Shown here: positions 47,805 to 61,085 of the stretch, piece after piece
How positions within the stretch are numbered: the stretch's first letter is position 1
How the letters are laid out: each line of letters begins with the position of its first letter
Source of the DNA: Squalus acanthias
Taxonomy: Eukaryota
Reading direction: 5' to 3'
DNA length: 64,000 bases
NCBI GenBank assembly: GCA_030390025.1
Contig: JASTWF010000070.1
Coordinates: forward strand, 682,001 to 746,000
Notes under the pieces: generated by a model
Seen by the model: the letters and a program-made list of their open reading frames with translations, nothing else
What the model was told of the DNA's origin: nothing
The model's database searches: none
Made by a program: the position numbers and the translations under genes

Positions 47805-48405
47805 GCTCTACCTCACCACCACCTCCTCGACTCCTCCAATCTCTCTAAATTGTCACACTGCCTGTCCAGCATCCAGTACTGGATGAGCAGAAATGTCCTC
47901 CATTGCCTTTGGTCCCCGCCACAAATTGCGGTCGCTCACCACTGACTCCATCCCTCTCCCTGGTAAATCTCTGAGGCTGAACCAGACAGTTCGCAAACTT
48001 GATGTCATATCTGAGATGAGCTTCCGACCACATATCTGCGCCATCACTAAGACAGCATATTTCCACCTCCATAACATCGCCCAACTCCGTCCTGCCTCAG
48101 CTCACCTGCTGCTGAAAGCCTCATCCATGCCTTTGTTACTTCCAGACGTGACTATTCCAATGCACTCTTTGGACTCCTCCCACTTTCTACACTCCATCAA
48201 CGTGAGGTCCTTCAAAACTCTGCTGCCAGTGTCTGAACTCGCAACAAGTCCCCTTCACCCATCATCCCTGTGCTCACTGCCCTACATTGGCTCCCGGAGA
48301 AGCAACTTCTCAATTTTAAAAATCTGGTCTTTGTTTTCAAATCCCTCCATGATCTCGACCCCCTCCCTAGCTCGGTAACCTCCTCCAGCACTACAACCCT
48401 CCGAG
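47805..48405 (+). mobile_element. L2 fragment, 3' side truncated at a deletion junction with C exon 2
   Basis: Same L2 region as 1404-2025. Confidence 0.85.
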
Positions 48406-48424
48406 GGGCTTCGATCCTCGCTGA
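48401..48424 (-). pseudogene. Relic of Ig light-chain C exon 2 (first 24 nt only; acceptor mutated)
   Basis: ccgaggggcttcgatcctcgctga matches the start of C exon 3; flanking intron matches 42770+ and 59705+. Confidence 0.85.
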
Positions 48425-49799
48425 TTGTGTGTGCGGGGAGAGAATATTCATTAGTTTATGGAATCCGTCAGCAGTGGGACGCTCTGATCTGAAATGAAAG
48501 ACGCCTAAGAACCCCGAACAACATTCACTTAAAAAAAAATTACTGATTAATACAGGAGTTCCAATAAATTCTTAAATCTCTAATTGCTCTGCTCCTCAGC
48601 CAATTCATCTGCCTACATTAAAAAAGTGACATGGTTCAAAAGTACTTCATTCTTTCTTTATTTCATTCTCCATTAATTTTTTGTAAACTAAACGCAGAAA
48701 ATTCTGGAAATACAGACCGGGTCAGTCAGCATGTGTGAGGCGGAAAGATCAGTAACTGACCAGTTCAGGTGTAGGTTACACCCCCGGAACCGCACTAACC
48801 GCTCTGTTCCCGTTACAGACACTGACCGACCGGCCGTGTATTCCCAGCATTGTCTGTTTTTATTTAATTTCCTATAATTGCATTTTTTTTTGCTTTTTAC
48901 TTGAATATAATAAAGCGTTTGTTTATCTTAATATCCGTTCAGTGGTAACTTTAAAGCGGTGAAATCACGGAGCTGTGACCCGCTTTTCACCGAGAGTCCA
49001 CATATGTTCTGATATCTCAAACTGATGCAGCCCTTTCAAAGAGCCGCCACAGGCACGATGGGCCGAATGGGCTCCTTCTATCATTCTATAAGATTCGGGA
49101 GTTTTTTTAGCAATTCGTATTTTTTTTAGAATTGCGAGTTAGAAACTGATCGGTTTTAAATGTTGCGGCGATGATAATTGAGCCGGGTCTGTTACCGGGT
49201 ATTGAGGAGCTTACTGAATAAAGAGAGGACATTGTACACGGTGTGGGATTTAATGTAGTGACTCTGCCCAACAATATTGTAAATGATTTACACATAATTA
49301 CACGGAATATACAGCACAGAAAGAGTTCATTCGGCCCAACCAGTCCGTGCCGGTGTTTATGCTCCACTCGAGCCTCCTCCCGTCCTTCCTCATCCAACTG
49401 TATCAGCATAACCCTCTATTCCCTTCTCCCTCATGTGCTTATCTAGCCTCCCCTTAAATGCATCTATACTATTCGTATCAACCTCTCCCTGTGGTAGCGA
49501 GTTCCACATTCTCACCACTCTCTGGGTGCAGAAGTTTCTCCTGAATTCCCGATTGGATTTCTTGGTGACTATCTTATATTGATGGTCTCTAGTTATCCTC
49601 TTCCCCACAAGTGGAAACACTCTCTCTGTGTTTACTCCATCAAAACCTTTCTTCATGTTAAAGACCTCTATTCGGTCACCCCTCAGCCTTCTCTTTGATG
49701 AATGGTTTTCACTGTTTGGTATTTCTAGTGAAATGGGGAACAAGGATTGTAAAAGATTCTCGCTGCAGAGGCAAGTAAGGATTCCTCCCCGCGCGGGTG

Positions 49800-49930
49800 A
49801 ACTGATGAAAGGTCATCGATCTGAAACGTTAACTCTCTTTCTCTCTCCACGGATGCTGCCTGGCCTGCTGAGTTTTTCCAGCGTTTTCTGTTGTTATTTC
49901 GGATTTCCAGCATCCGCAGTATTTTGCTAT
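49800..49930 (+). mobile_element. Penelope-like terminal fragment with minimal hammerhead core
   Basis: CTGATGA-a-AGGTC-atc-GATCT-GAAA-CGTT followed by gatgctgcctggcctgctgag..gatttccagcatc. Confidence 0.7.
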
Positions 49931-50763
49931 CGTAATAGTAATATATTCAGTGTCCACTGTCAGAACTTCACAGTCTAGCTCACAACTTTCCTCTCTCTCT
50001 CTCTCTCTGTCTCTTGCCGTCCACGAATGATACCGGGGCTTACAGGTTTAAATTACGAGGACGGGTTGCATAAACTTGGCTTGTATTCCCTTGAGTTCAG
50101 AAGATTCAGGGGTGATTTGATCGAAGTGTTTAAAATGTGAAAAAGGATTCGATCGGGTAAATACAGAGAAACGATTTCCTCTTTTCGGGGAGTCAAGAAA
50201 CAGGGGAGTTCAATTAAAATTAGAGCCCGGCCATTTCGGAGGGAGGCACTTTTTCACATAGGCTCGAGTGGCTGAATGGCCTCCTCCTGTTCCTATGTCG
50301 CTATTTTATCAATCAGAGTGCGTTCAACCCAGCCTGCCCGTGCCGGCTCTTTGAAAGATCTATCCAATTATTCCCACTCCCCCTGGTCTTTCCACAGAAA
50401 CCTACATTAATCCTCTTCAAGTATTTATCCAATTCCCGCCTGAAAGTTACTATTGAATCTGCTTCCACCGCCCTTTCAGGCAGCGCATTTCAGATCACAA
50501 CAACTCGCTGAGTAAAAAGAACACTTCTCCTCATCTCCCCTATTGAATGGGAGCAGGAAATGGTGTCAAACTTCATTTCAGTGCAGTATTATTCCCCGAG
50601 GCGCTTCAACAATTCCAATTCTGACCAGTTTCACAGTTTTCAGGTATAAATTGATAAAACATCAACATTCACTGAATCGAGAATTCTCTGGCGCCCGGGA
50701 ATGAAAGCGATTATAAATTAATAATTGAAACAATGTGAATTATAGAATGAGAGAGTCACTTAC

Positions 50764-51319
50764 TCTTTATGCTCAGGGCGGTCCCCGGTCCGAAGATGAA
50801 TCCCGTGATCCACACAGTACAGTAATAGACAGCGGAGTCACCGGGCACCAGGGTTGCGATGGTCAGAATGTAACTGTTACCGGAGGGATCTCTGGAAGGT
50901 TGAAATCGGTCTGTGAAGCCGGTGCCTCGGATGATAGTGCCATCGGTACCGTGATAGAGCACCCACACCGGATCTTCCCCCGGTAGTTGTCGGTACCAGT
51001 TCACGTAAAAGCTGCCCACAGCTCCGTTCTGCATCGCACACTGTAGCCGGGCGGTCTGTCCCGCGGAGACATGATCGGATATTGGGGACTGATTGAGAGC
51101 GGGAGCCGCCATGACACCTTCAATAAAAGAAAAAAATCAACCCATTCAGAGCCTTGGAGCTAATAGGACGTTAATGCCTCAATAAACACGAAGAGAAAAC
51201 CGCCCGATTCTCCAGATTGAACCGTTTTTAGTTACAGATAAATCCGTGACTAAAACCTTCCGTCTCTCACCCGTTAAATGGATCAGCAGAGCCCACAGGA
51301 GATGCATCGCTGGAGCCAT
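50764..51319 (-). CDS. Ig light-chain leader (51319-51271) and germline-joined VJ exon (51117-50764), cluster 2
   Basis: ..QCAMQNGAVGSFYVNWYRQ..YYCTVWITGFIFGPGTALSIK; intact, but its own C exon is deleted. Confidence 0.93.
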
Positions 51320-51436
51320 TTCCTCCGGAGAACCGCCAACAGCCACCGCCCAAATTTCCGACTGAACCGTGCGCTGTTCCTGTAAACTCCGGGACCCGGT
51401 CCGGTTAGAGTGTCTGCAAACCCGAGACTCCGGGTC

Positions 51437-51459
51437 TATTTATTACCCGGTATGCAAAT
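51437..51459 (-). promoter_or_regulatory. IgL promoter 2: octamer ATTTGCAT (51459-51452) and TATA-like element
   Basis: Perfect octamer in light-chain orientation about 135 bp upstream of the ATG. Confidence 0.85.
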
Positions 51460-53099
51460 GTCTGGGTGGGGCCAGGAAAAGGTTGAAGGTAGATTTTTAA
51501 TTCGGGTATTTTTAACTCTATTTGTGCCTGATTAAATTATTAATACTTAAACCTTCGATTCACAAATGTTTAATCTCCTATTTGAGTTTCTGTTAAGGGA
51601 AGGTTCAAAGATTTCGAATATTTTTGCGTTTAATGAAAATTTAGTCTGTGTTCTACCCCAGAAAAATGAGGGGCGGATTGTAGAGATACGGATCAACTGA
51701 TGCACTTCGGCCGGTATCTTTCTGATAACGCGCTGTTACTCTCTGATATACTACATCAGATTTTAACATAATCTTTTCCCCGTAAAATACACATTTCGTA
51801 ATAGACTGAAGTCCCTTTCTCTAAATCATTAGCCAGTCATCCCCGGATTTGTCAATCCCTTTAAAATTGGTGTTTCAATTCACAAATATGATTTGGGCTT
51901 CAGTCTGTAAATACATTTCTGATGAGAATATTCCTGAGGCGGAGTAAAGAGCTGTTTAGATGAATGAGAAAGAGGGGAAGAAAGCGTCATTTTACAGCCT
52001 GCCCCGGATTAAAGAGAAGTTGTTCTATTATAATCTGAGTCATCCGCTTTAAAACTCAGGTGGGCAAATAAAACTCGGCACAGTATTAATAAAATTACAC
52101 CTTGCCTTTAATTTGCTGCGAGTCCGATTAATGCGCGCAGTTCCCGTTTTAAACCCTGTTCCAGTTGAATTATTAAGCGGCGGGGTCAGTTTTTTCTGGG
52201 GCTCTGCGATGTTGAACACTTCCCCTGTTTGGAGTCAATCCCTAACTCCCCTCACTGAATCTTGGTTCATGTTTTTAAAAGTCAGATTGAAACTGGTTGG
52301 TGTCAGTTACTTCAGGGCGAAAGAAAAATGCATCAATTGTTAATAATTGGGTGGTCTCGAGATATTAGCGTCAAAGGAATAATATTTTTTGTTTACTAAA
52401 CATCTGAATTGTGTAACTGTGTAGTTAGGTATTCCCCTGTTCCTTAGAAAAACACACATAGCGGCCAAAGGGATTCTCGCCCCCTGAATTCGGGCAGGGG
52501 TTGGTTCTCACCTGGACAAGGGGCTTTTCGGTGAAGCCCAGGTGCTTGGTTCTGTTTCTGCGCTTGAACTGATCACTGATTCCTCTGGTCTGTTAAAATT
52601 ATTAAAGGGGCTTTGGTGCTGTGACTGGAGCTGCTCGCTCAACCTTGCACAGAGACCAAGAGGTTTGTCACTGCTGACACTGACACGGCTGACTGGAGAA
52701 CCAATCATTGCAGAGCACTGGCCACACCGCGCACTGCACCTTGGGATGTGTAGTTCCACATTGGGCAAAAGCCAAGATCAGCGTGTCTATTGACACTACT
52801 GTGTCAGCTCTACTGCACCACCACCTCTCTCGACCCCTCCACTCTCTCTAAATTGTCACACTGCTTGTCCGACATCCAGGTTTCCCGCCTGAGAGCTTAA
52901 ATATGGCGGCAGGAGCTGATGCAGTGGGTTTGGGTGAGGTTACCCCATTTATATATTTAAATACCCCACCCCCACCCTCACCCGACCATCGTATTCCCAT
53001 CCAAGCCCCCAGTACGTTTCGCAGATCCCATTGGGGTACAGGAATCAATTGCTGGCTCAATAAAGTATTCTAAGAGCACTATATGTAGTTTACACAGCA

Positions 53100-53320
53100 C
53101 CAACAACAACCTTCATTTATATAGCGCCTTTAACGTTGTACGACGTCCCCAAGGCGCTTCACAGGAGCGTTAATCAGACAACATTTGACACCGAGCCACA
53201 TAAGAAAATATTAGGAAAGGTGACCAAAAGCGTGGTCAAAGAAATAGGTTTTAAGGAGGGTGTTAAAGGTGGAGAGAGCGGTGGAGAGGTTTAGCGAAGG
53301 GCTTGGGAAAGATTGGGTTC
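53100..53320 (-). mobile_element. L2 3' end fragment
   Basis: (CAA)n followed by reverse complement of the L2 tail. Confidence 0.7.
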
Positions 53321-53399
53321 CCAAAAGTTAAAATTTGAAATGTTCAGAAATTTGCGGGGAATCGAACAATTGGAGCCCTTTAAATGTCCATTAGTACCT

Positions 53400-56300
53400 C
53401 CCGGATTCTCCTTTCGCTTTGGAGTCAAGGCCGGTACTTTGCTTATCTGGGCTGGACCGGTGCGGGCAGTGTCCATGGCAGGTCGCAACCCCGCTGTTGG
53501 CTCCACCCGCTCTTGAAAATGAACTTACCTTAACGGGTCCTATTTAACCAGCGCGTTAGCCGGCCTAATGAGTTGTCGCAGGTCTGTTCACGTCGCTGAT
53601 GACGCGTTTTCACCCGGGATCTTTAAAGGGACTTAGGCCACATTTGAAGTTTAATCTAACATAGTTCTGTCGGTGTACTACAGCATTGGAGTGCTGCAAA
53701 CACTGACAATGACTGCACAGAGGCAGAGGGCTGCTCCCTCCGATAACTCCCTCCATATGCATTTTCATGGAGTCAGAGCCCGCAGGGAGATCCTCTTCCC
53801 TTCCGATTGGTGGAGGAGACCTCGCCAGGACACCAAGACAGCCTGGCGGCAGATTGCAGAGGAGGTCACGAACATGGATGTGGTCAGGAGGACCTGGGTG
53901 CAGTGCCGCTAACATTTCAATAGTCTGATTAGATCAAAAACGTTAGTACAAAGCCATATTCAACTGCACGTTGCTTTAACTCTCATCACATCCCCATCAC
54001 TCTGCCTTCCCTACCCTATGCCTGCACATCCTTACTCACACCTACAAACATTGTACCTCCACCTATCCCTCTCTCTCTATCTACATTATCACAACCCCAT
54101 CTCACTAGCCACCGCTCTGACTCACCCTCATCCTAATACAATCATTCCAACTAAAAAAATACAAGGGCTATATTATCCAATGTTTATGCAAAGTTTCTGT
54201 TCATGTGGTGTCAAACATAAAAATCTTTAATGTTAACACTTTCCGATCTTGTGCAGCTGTATGTGCATCTTTGGAAGTGGTTTAGTTAGTTGTAGTGAAT
54301 GGTGAGACATTAGGCCCAGCAATGGTGATGAGTATGAAAGGACTGGCTGGGTCATTGCAGGGATGCTTACTGGTGTTGCTTTGGGGTGGTGCCAACCTGG
54401 CGCATCATGTGGCTGCCATATTGGTGTACAGCGTAAAGGTAACTAAATGAGGCCATAATGAGGCCATAATGAGGCCATCCCTGGCCGACTGGGCAGCAAT
54501 GTGGTCGGGTGCTGATGTCCTGTGCAACATCGGGTGAATGTGGAGATGGTTGGCGTTGTTGTTGGTGCTGCTGGTGTTGGGGATCATCGGGTTCCAATTC
54601 TGTGGACCAAGGTGAGACAGTATAAACGAAGCCATGTTGATGGAATAGATGGCAGGTGAAGTGCAGATGACAGAAGCATTCTGTCAATGGTGAGAGAGTT
54701 CTTCCACTGAGGTGACACTGGATGGAGACTTTGCTGTAAACACTTGCAGTCTGCAGAATCTGTGCCTGAAATGGACTGAGCAACAGCTTCTGCCTGAGGA
54801 AAGTGATCATCTGTCATGTGGGAGTTGTTACTGTACATTTCATGCTCTCAAGTAATCAGCTGGAGCAATGGTCACGGAACTCCCGCTTCAGATTGACAGA
54901 CGAGGTAACCGAGCTGTGTGAATCCCATGGCCATGTAGGGTAATTTAAAATATAAGTGATAAAACGCTCTTAAGTGCCTGTAAACTAACCGATAATCATC
55001 TCAATTGGGTCCCCCGCCGCTGCCGGTCGGGTCGGAACCGTGATGACAGACGCGCCTAGGCGAAAGGAGCGTTGGAGCGAGATGACAGCGGGACCCTGAC
55101 CCGCTGCCAAAAATATCAACTTTCTCACCCGACCTGCTACCGATCTCGCCCGGTATCACCCCGGAGAATTCCGGCTGTGTCTCCAGCTCGCTCTAACTGA
55201 CTCCAAACTAAAGTCTAACTGCGCTCTTAGGGGAAGTTTCCTGGGGTCAGCGGGCGGGATCGGTGGCGGGTCAGGAGGGAAAGTGTGTTTTTTTACAGTG
55301 GTCGGGACCCCGCTGTCAACCAGCCAACACGCACCTTTCCCCAATGTCGGGTCTGTCAGCGCTGAGCAGACCCGACAGGCAGCGGCAGGGGAGGCAATTC
55401 AGCTCATGATGACCTTGTTAACTGAGGAATAACAACAATTTTGAGCTCAACTTTAAAATTTACCAGCTCGCCAACGGGGTCCACGCTGCTCGTCGATCAC
55501 ATCTGTTAGCTAACCGTGAGTTGAATGGTCATGGAATCATCTCAGTACTTGACATCTGGAAATGTGCTATAAATGCTCCCATCACAGCTGTTCACTTTCC
55601 AAGCACAGAAGCTGTTGCTTACTGCATTTGGAAGACAATTGAGCTTTATGCAGATTGTAAGTGTTTGGAGCAAACTCTCTATCCAGTGTCACCTCATTGG
55701 AACAACCAATCTCATAATTGACAGATTGCTTCTGTCATCTCAAGTTCACCTGCTATCTATTCTATCAGCATGGGTATGGTTTATGTCCTTTCAACCTGGT
55801 CCTCAGAGCCTGACTACGATCAGCTGCAACACCAGCATTACGAGACAGAGCAGCAGCACCAACAAACACACCAACCTTCTCCGCAATCACCTGATGCTGT
55901 GCAGGACAGATGGCATCAGCACCCGACCACATTGCTGCCCGGTACTTAAGGAATAGGTTGATCGTACCATGGCCAGATTTACTTCACTTCATGCTGCATA
56001 CCCTGGCTGCCACATGATGCGCCAGGTTGGCACCACCCCACACCAACAACATAAATCATCCCCACAATGCCCAAGCCATTCTTTTCACACTCATCAGCAT
56101 CGTAGGGCTACCGTTATGTCCCACCATTCACTGCAACCCACAAAGCCACTTCCAAAGCTGCACACCAATCTGTCGAAGAACGGAAACTGTTGAAAATAAT
56201 GATTTCAATGTTTGACAGCACATTAACAGAAACTTCACATAAACATTGGCTAAAACGCACAAGTGCCGACACTTGTGTGCTCTTATTTGTTGTGAATTGA

Positions 56301-56990
56301 ATAGGATAAAGGTGAGTATGAGATGTGGCAAGTGAGATGGGGGACTGAAATTTTGATAGAGAGGGATGGGTGGAGGTGCAATGTAAGTTGGTGTGAGTAA
56401 GGATGTGCAGGAGTCGGATAGAGAAGGCAGAATGATTGGGAAGTGATGATTCGCACTGCAGGATGAGGTTGAGTGTGGCTTTGCAGTAACGTTTCATGAT
56501 CTACTGAGATCATTGAAAGGTTTGCACCAGTGCAGCCTGGTCCTCTTAACGACAACCCTGCTTGTGCCCTCCTGTGCAAAGTGCAACAGGGCTGCGTTGG
56601 TCTCCTCGGGAGGCCTCTTCAGCCCATTGGAAGGGAAGAGAACCTCCCTGCTTGATGCGGAGGGAGTCACGGGAGAGCCTGGTTCCAGCTGTGCACCTCT
56701 GTGCAGCGCTTGTCAGAGTTTACAGCACCTCAGAGCTGTAGAATACTGACAGCACAAATGCCAAAGTAAATTTGCGCATGGTCAATTTAGGGAAACCGGC
56801 TGTTGACGCGTCATCAATTGACATAATCAGAACCGCCTCAGTCAATTGGCCGGGAATCTCGCTGGGCGGGCTAAACAAGCCCAATCAGAGGAAAGTCATG
56901 TCGCAGGCCGGGATTGAGCCAGAAGCGAGGCCGCGACCCGCCAGCGACCTCGCCCGCCACGGACCCACCCAGTTTGGCGCAATCGCGGCC
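53400..56990. mobile_element. Two related decayed PIF/Harbinger-like elements in inverted orientation (about 53400-55176 and 55230-56990)
   Basis: Myb/SANT-like remnant VRARREILFP..KTAWRQIAEEVT..RRTWVQCR on + (53673-53912) with a counterpart on - (about 56480-56720); long inverted homology; TTA/TAA next to the second element's ends. Confidence 0.65.
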
Positions 56991-57749
56991 TAAGTGTCTC
57001 CACAGCGAGTCTTTGGCAACGATCTACTATACTGTGTGGGAATTGTTCATATTTTCCTCTTTTGCTGCCCCGCGTGTAGTTCATTAGTTATCCTCCAGTT
57101 CCTCGTTCACAGCCCAGCCCAAAGAACCTGAACATACGTTCATTATCTGTGATTTTCCGACCTGGATGATGTCCCCTTTCAATACTTGATTGAGCAACGA
57201 ACCAGACTGAGTTTTAGCAATCTCTTTCGTAATCTAATCCCGGAATGATGCGTGGCGCTCTTTAATGAATGGCCTGCAATGGATCAATTTCACTTTTGAA
57301 GCTTGGGCGCCAAAAGTGACACATGTGGTCTCAGCACCGATCTACAGAAGCTTAAGGTTTGGAAATCAAGCAGCCACGTGATGTGTGGTGCCAGAATAAT
57401 CCTTATCCTTCACTTTAATATAGGCTGGTGGATTCAACAGATAGAGAGATTAATAATCTTTATTTATCAATACAATTATACAAACTTAGCAGCTCCAATG
57501 CTATGAGCATGACCTCAATTGTTCCCACAAGCACAGCTATTTAATTATGCAAGGTAAACATGGTGCTAGTACGTCAGCACGTTCATAGTACGTGCGGTTA
57601 TTACGTAAGCACGCAGGGTTAATATGAAAGCGCGTTCGTGGTCACGCAGGCAATCGCCCCCTTCTCCCCCCACCACCCTTGCACAAGCTCATTGGCGACA
57701 CTATCTGCCTATTGTGCTCGGGACATTTCACATGCATGATTAACCATAT

Positions 57750-58990
57750 TCAGAATCTTCACTTGCTTATCAAGGAGCACAGCAACAGGAGCAGATCCAA
57801 AGTGGATTACCTCACACTCCCCCACGTTGAGCTACATCTGTCATATTTCACTCCGCTCACAACCTGTGCATATCCGCTTGTAACTTCCTGCTTCCATCTG
57901 CACAAGTTATTGTGCCTCCTAACTAAACACCTGAAAACTTGGATATACAACTCTTATTCCTTCATCCAAGTCATTGATAAATATGGTGGAAAGATTGGGC
58001 CCCAGATCAGATCCCTGGATAACAGCACTTGTCACATCCTGAAAATCTGAGTACCTACACATTATCCCCACTCTCTGTCTCCTACCTCCCAACCAAACTC
58101 CAACCAGATCAAAAGGCTCCCCCAATTCCATGCGGACTCGTTTTGGCCAATAATCTTTTGTGTGGAACCTTATTGAATGCATTCTGGGAGTCAATATAGA
58201 TAACATCCATAGACACTCCTTTGTCAATCTGATTAGTGACCTCCTCAAGAAATGTAACTGGATTAGTCAGATATGATTTAGCTTTAAGCAAAGCCATGCT
58301 GGCCCCCTCTGACCAGCTCATATTGGCTTCAGTGTTCAGTCACTCTATCCTTAATGACAGATTCTATTAATTTCCCCACAACTGACGTTAAACTGACAGG
58401 CCGGTAGTGACCTGGTTTATCTCTCCCACCCTACTTAAATAATCCAGTATCTGGAGCAGTGAGTAAAGGTTCTGGACACAGCATCTCAGAAAGGATATAT
58501 TGGAGGGAGTTCAGCGCAGATTCACCAGAATGTTATCAGGGATCCACAGGTTAAAATACGAAGATAGATTATATAAACTAGGCTTGTATTCCCTGGAATA
58601 TAGAATGTTAAAGAGTGATTTATTGAGGTTTTAGGATTTTGTGAGGGATTGATAGGGTAGATACAGCGAAACTACAACTCTGCTGGGGACGGGGAGGGAA
58701 CGTTCAGAACAAGAGGGAATAACCTGAACGTTAAGAAGTCCAATAGGGAATTGAGGAGAAACGTCTTTACCCAGAGAGTGTGAAAATGTGGAACTTGCTG
58801 CACTTTGGAATATTTCAGGTGAATAGCATAGATGCATTTAAGGGGAAGCTAGATAATCACATCAGGGAGAAAGGAATAGAAGGATATGCTGATGGGTGAA
58901 ATGAAGAGGGGTGGGAGGAGGCTCATGTGGAGCATAAACACTGGCATAGACCAGTTGGGCTGAATGTCCTGTTTCTGCTGTACATTCTAT
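57750..58990. mobile_element. Old CR1 fragments (- about 57750-58440; + about 58480-58990)
   Basis: AFNKVPHKRLL, IFINDLDEG on -; CR1 3' end on +. Confidence 0.75.
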
Positions 58991-59376
58991 GTAATCCACT
59001 CAATGGCCCTTTAAGTGTTGAGTAAAGACGGACCACTTTAACTTGGTAGCAGCATTTCATGTTTATTAAGAGCTGTGTTACACAAGTTTCCAATCACAAT
59101 ACGGTCACAGATAAAGGGAAATCTGTCCCCATTCTACACACAGCGAAAGTTTACACACATGATATTGGGGACAATTCTACAGAAAGTTCCATCTCACAAA
59201 GTCGGACAATCATTTCACTCACTTCTGTTATTATTTAACATTCCCATTGTTTACCAAAAACTGAAATTGCTACAGCGATTACATTGCAAAAAAAGGCGGA
59301 CTGCACACATCGAATGATCTATTTCATTATATTAAACACCAGCAAAAATCAAAATCCACTGCCAACTCGCACCGCC

Positions 59377-59702
59377 TCAGTCTGAACACGAGGTGGCGCT
59401 GATGGTCTTGAAGAGAGGCGAGCTCAGGGAGCCGTGGCTGACGCTGCAGGAATAGCTGGAGCCCTTGTTCCAGGCGGCGGCGGGGACTCTCAGGTAACTG
59501 CTCAGGCTGTAGCTTTGATCGCTGTCCGGGGACACGGCGCCTGTCGTCACCCCGCTGTCTGTCTCTTGACCATCCACGCTCAGCGGAGCCGCACCAAGCC
59601 CGGCTTAAAGCGACTCACCAGGCAGGACAGAGTGGCCGTCCCGAGCCGATTTCTTCGAGGAGGGAGGGAGGAGAAGAACCGAGGGGCTTCGATCCTCGCT
59701 GC
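59377..59702 (-). pseudogene. Ig light-chain C exon 3 (sigma-cart/type I), frameshifted as assembled
   Basis: SSEDRSPSVLLLPPSS, then three 1-nt deletions relative to C exon 1 giving a premature TAA; 3' part (DGQETDSGVTTG..SCSD) intact; AATAAA on - at 59067-59062. Confidence 0.8.
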
Positions 59703-60674
59703 CTGTGTGTGGGGGAGAGAAAATTCATTAGTTTATGGAATCCGTCAGCAGTGGGACGCTCCGATCTGAAATCAAAGACGCCAAAGAACCCCGAACAACA
59801 TTCACTTTAAAATAAATTACTGATTAATACAGGAGTTCCAATAAATTCTTAAATGTCTAATTCCTCTGCTCCTCTGACAATTCTTTTGCCGACATTACAA
59901 CAGTGACTTGGTTCAAAAGTATTTCATTGGCTGTAAAGCGTGTTGGGACGTCCTGAGGTCGTAAAAGGAGCTGTAGAAATACAAGTCTCCCTTTCTTTCT
60001 TTCTTCCTTTCTTTCTTTCGTTCTTTCATTCTTTCTTTCTTTCTCTCTTTCTTTCTTTCTTGTAAAATATGAACAGAAAATGTAGGAAATACAGACCGGG
60101 TCAGTCAGCATGTGTGAGGTGGAAAGATCAGTAACTGACCAGTTCAGGTGCAGGTTACACCCCCGGAACCGCACTAACCTGTCTGTTCCCGTTACAGATA
60201 CTGACCGACCGGCCGTGCATTCCCAGCATTTTCTCTTTTTATTTGATTTTCTATAATTGCAGTTCTTTCCCTTTTTACTTGATTATAATAAAGGGTTTGA
60301 TTGTCTTAAAATGCGGTCAGTGTTAACTTTAAAGACGTGAATTCACGGAGCTGTGACCCGCTCTTCACCGAGAGTCCACATATGTTCTGATATCTAAACT
60401 GATGCAGCCCTTTCAAAGAGCCGTCACAGGCACGATGGGCCGAGTGGCATCGTTCGGTGCTGCATCATTCTATAAGATTTCGGAAGTTTTTTTAACAATT
60501 CATATTTATTTAGAATTGCGAGTTAGAGACTGATCCGCATTAAATGTTGCGGCGATGATAATTGAGCCGGGTCTGTTACCGGGTATTGAAGAGTTCACTG
60601 AATAAAGAGAGGACATTTTACACGGGCTGTGAATTAATGTAGTGACTCGGCCTAACAATATTGTAAATGGTTTA

Positions 60675-61085
60675 CAGAGAATTACACAGAATATACAGCA
60701 CAGAAACAGTTCATTCGGACCAACCAGTCAATGTTCGCGCGTTTATTCTCCACTCGAGCCTCCTCCCATCCTTCCTCATCTAACTCTATCAGCATAACCC
60801 TCTATTCCTTTCTCCTTCATGTGTTTATCTAGCCTTCCCTTAAGTGCATCTATACTGTTCGCCTCAACCATTCCCTGTGGTAGCGAGTTCCACATTCTCA
60901 CCACTCTCTCGGTAAAGAAGTTTCTCCTGAATTCCCGATTGGATTTCTTGGTGACTATCTTATATTGATGGCCTTTAGTTTTCCTCTTCCCCACAAGTGG
61001 AAACATTCTCTCTGTGTCAACTCTATCAAAACCCTTCATCATTTTAAAGACCTCTATTCGGTCACCCCTCAGTCTTCTATTTTCC
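60675..61085 (-). mobile_element. CR1 3' end in the J-C intron (orthologous copies at about 43695-44085 and 49295-49700)
   Basis: RRLRGDRIEVF..RRNFFTERVVRMWNSLP; same position in all three units. Confidence 0.85.
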
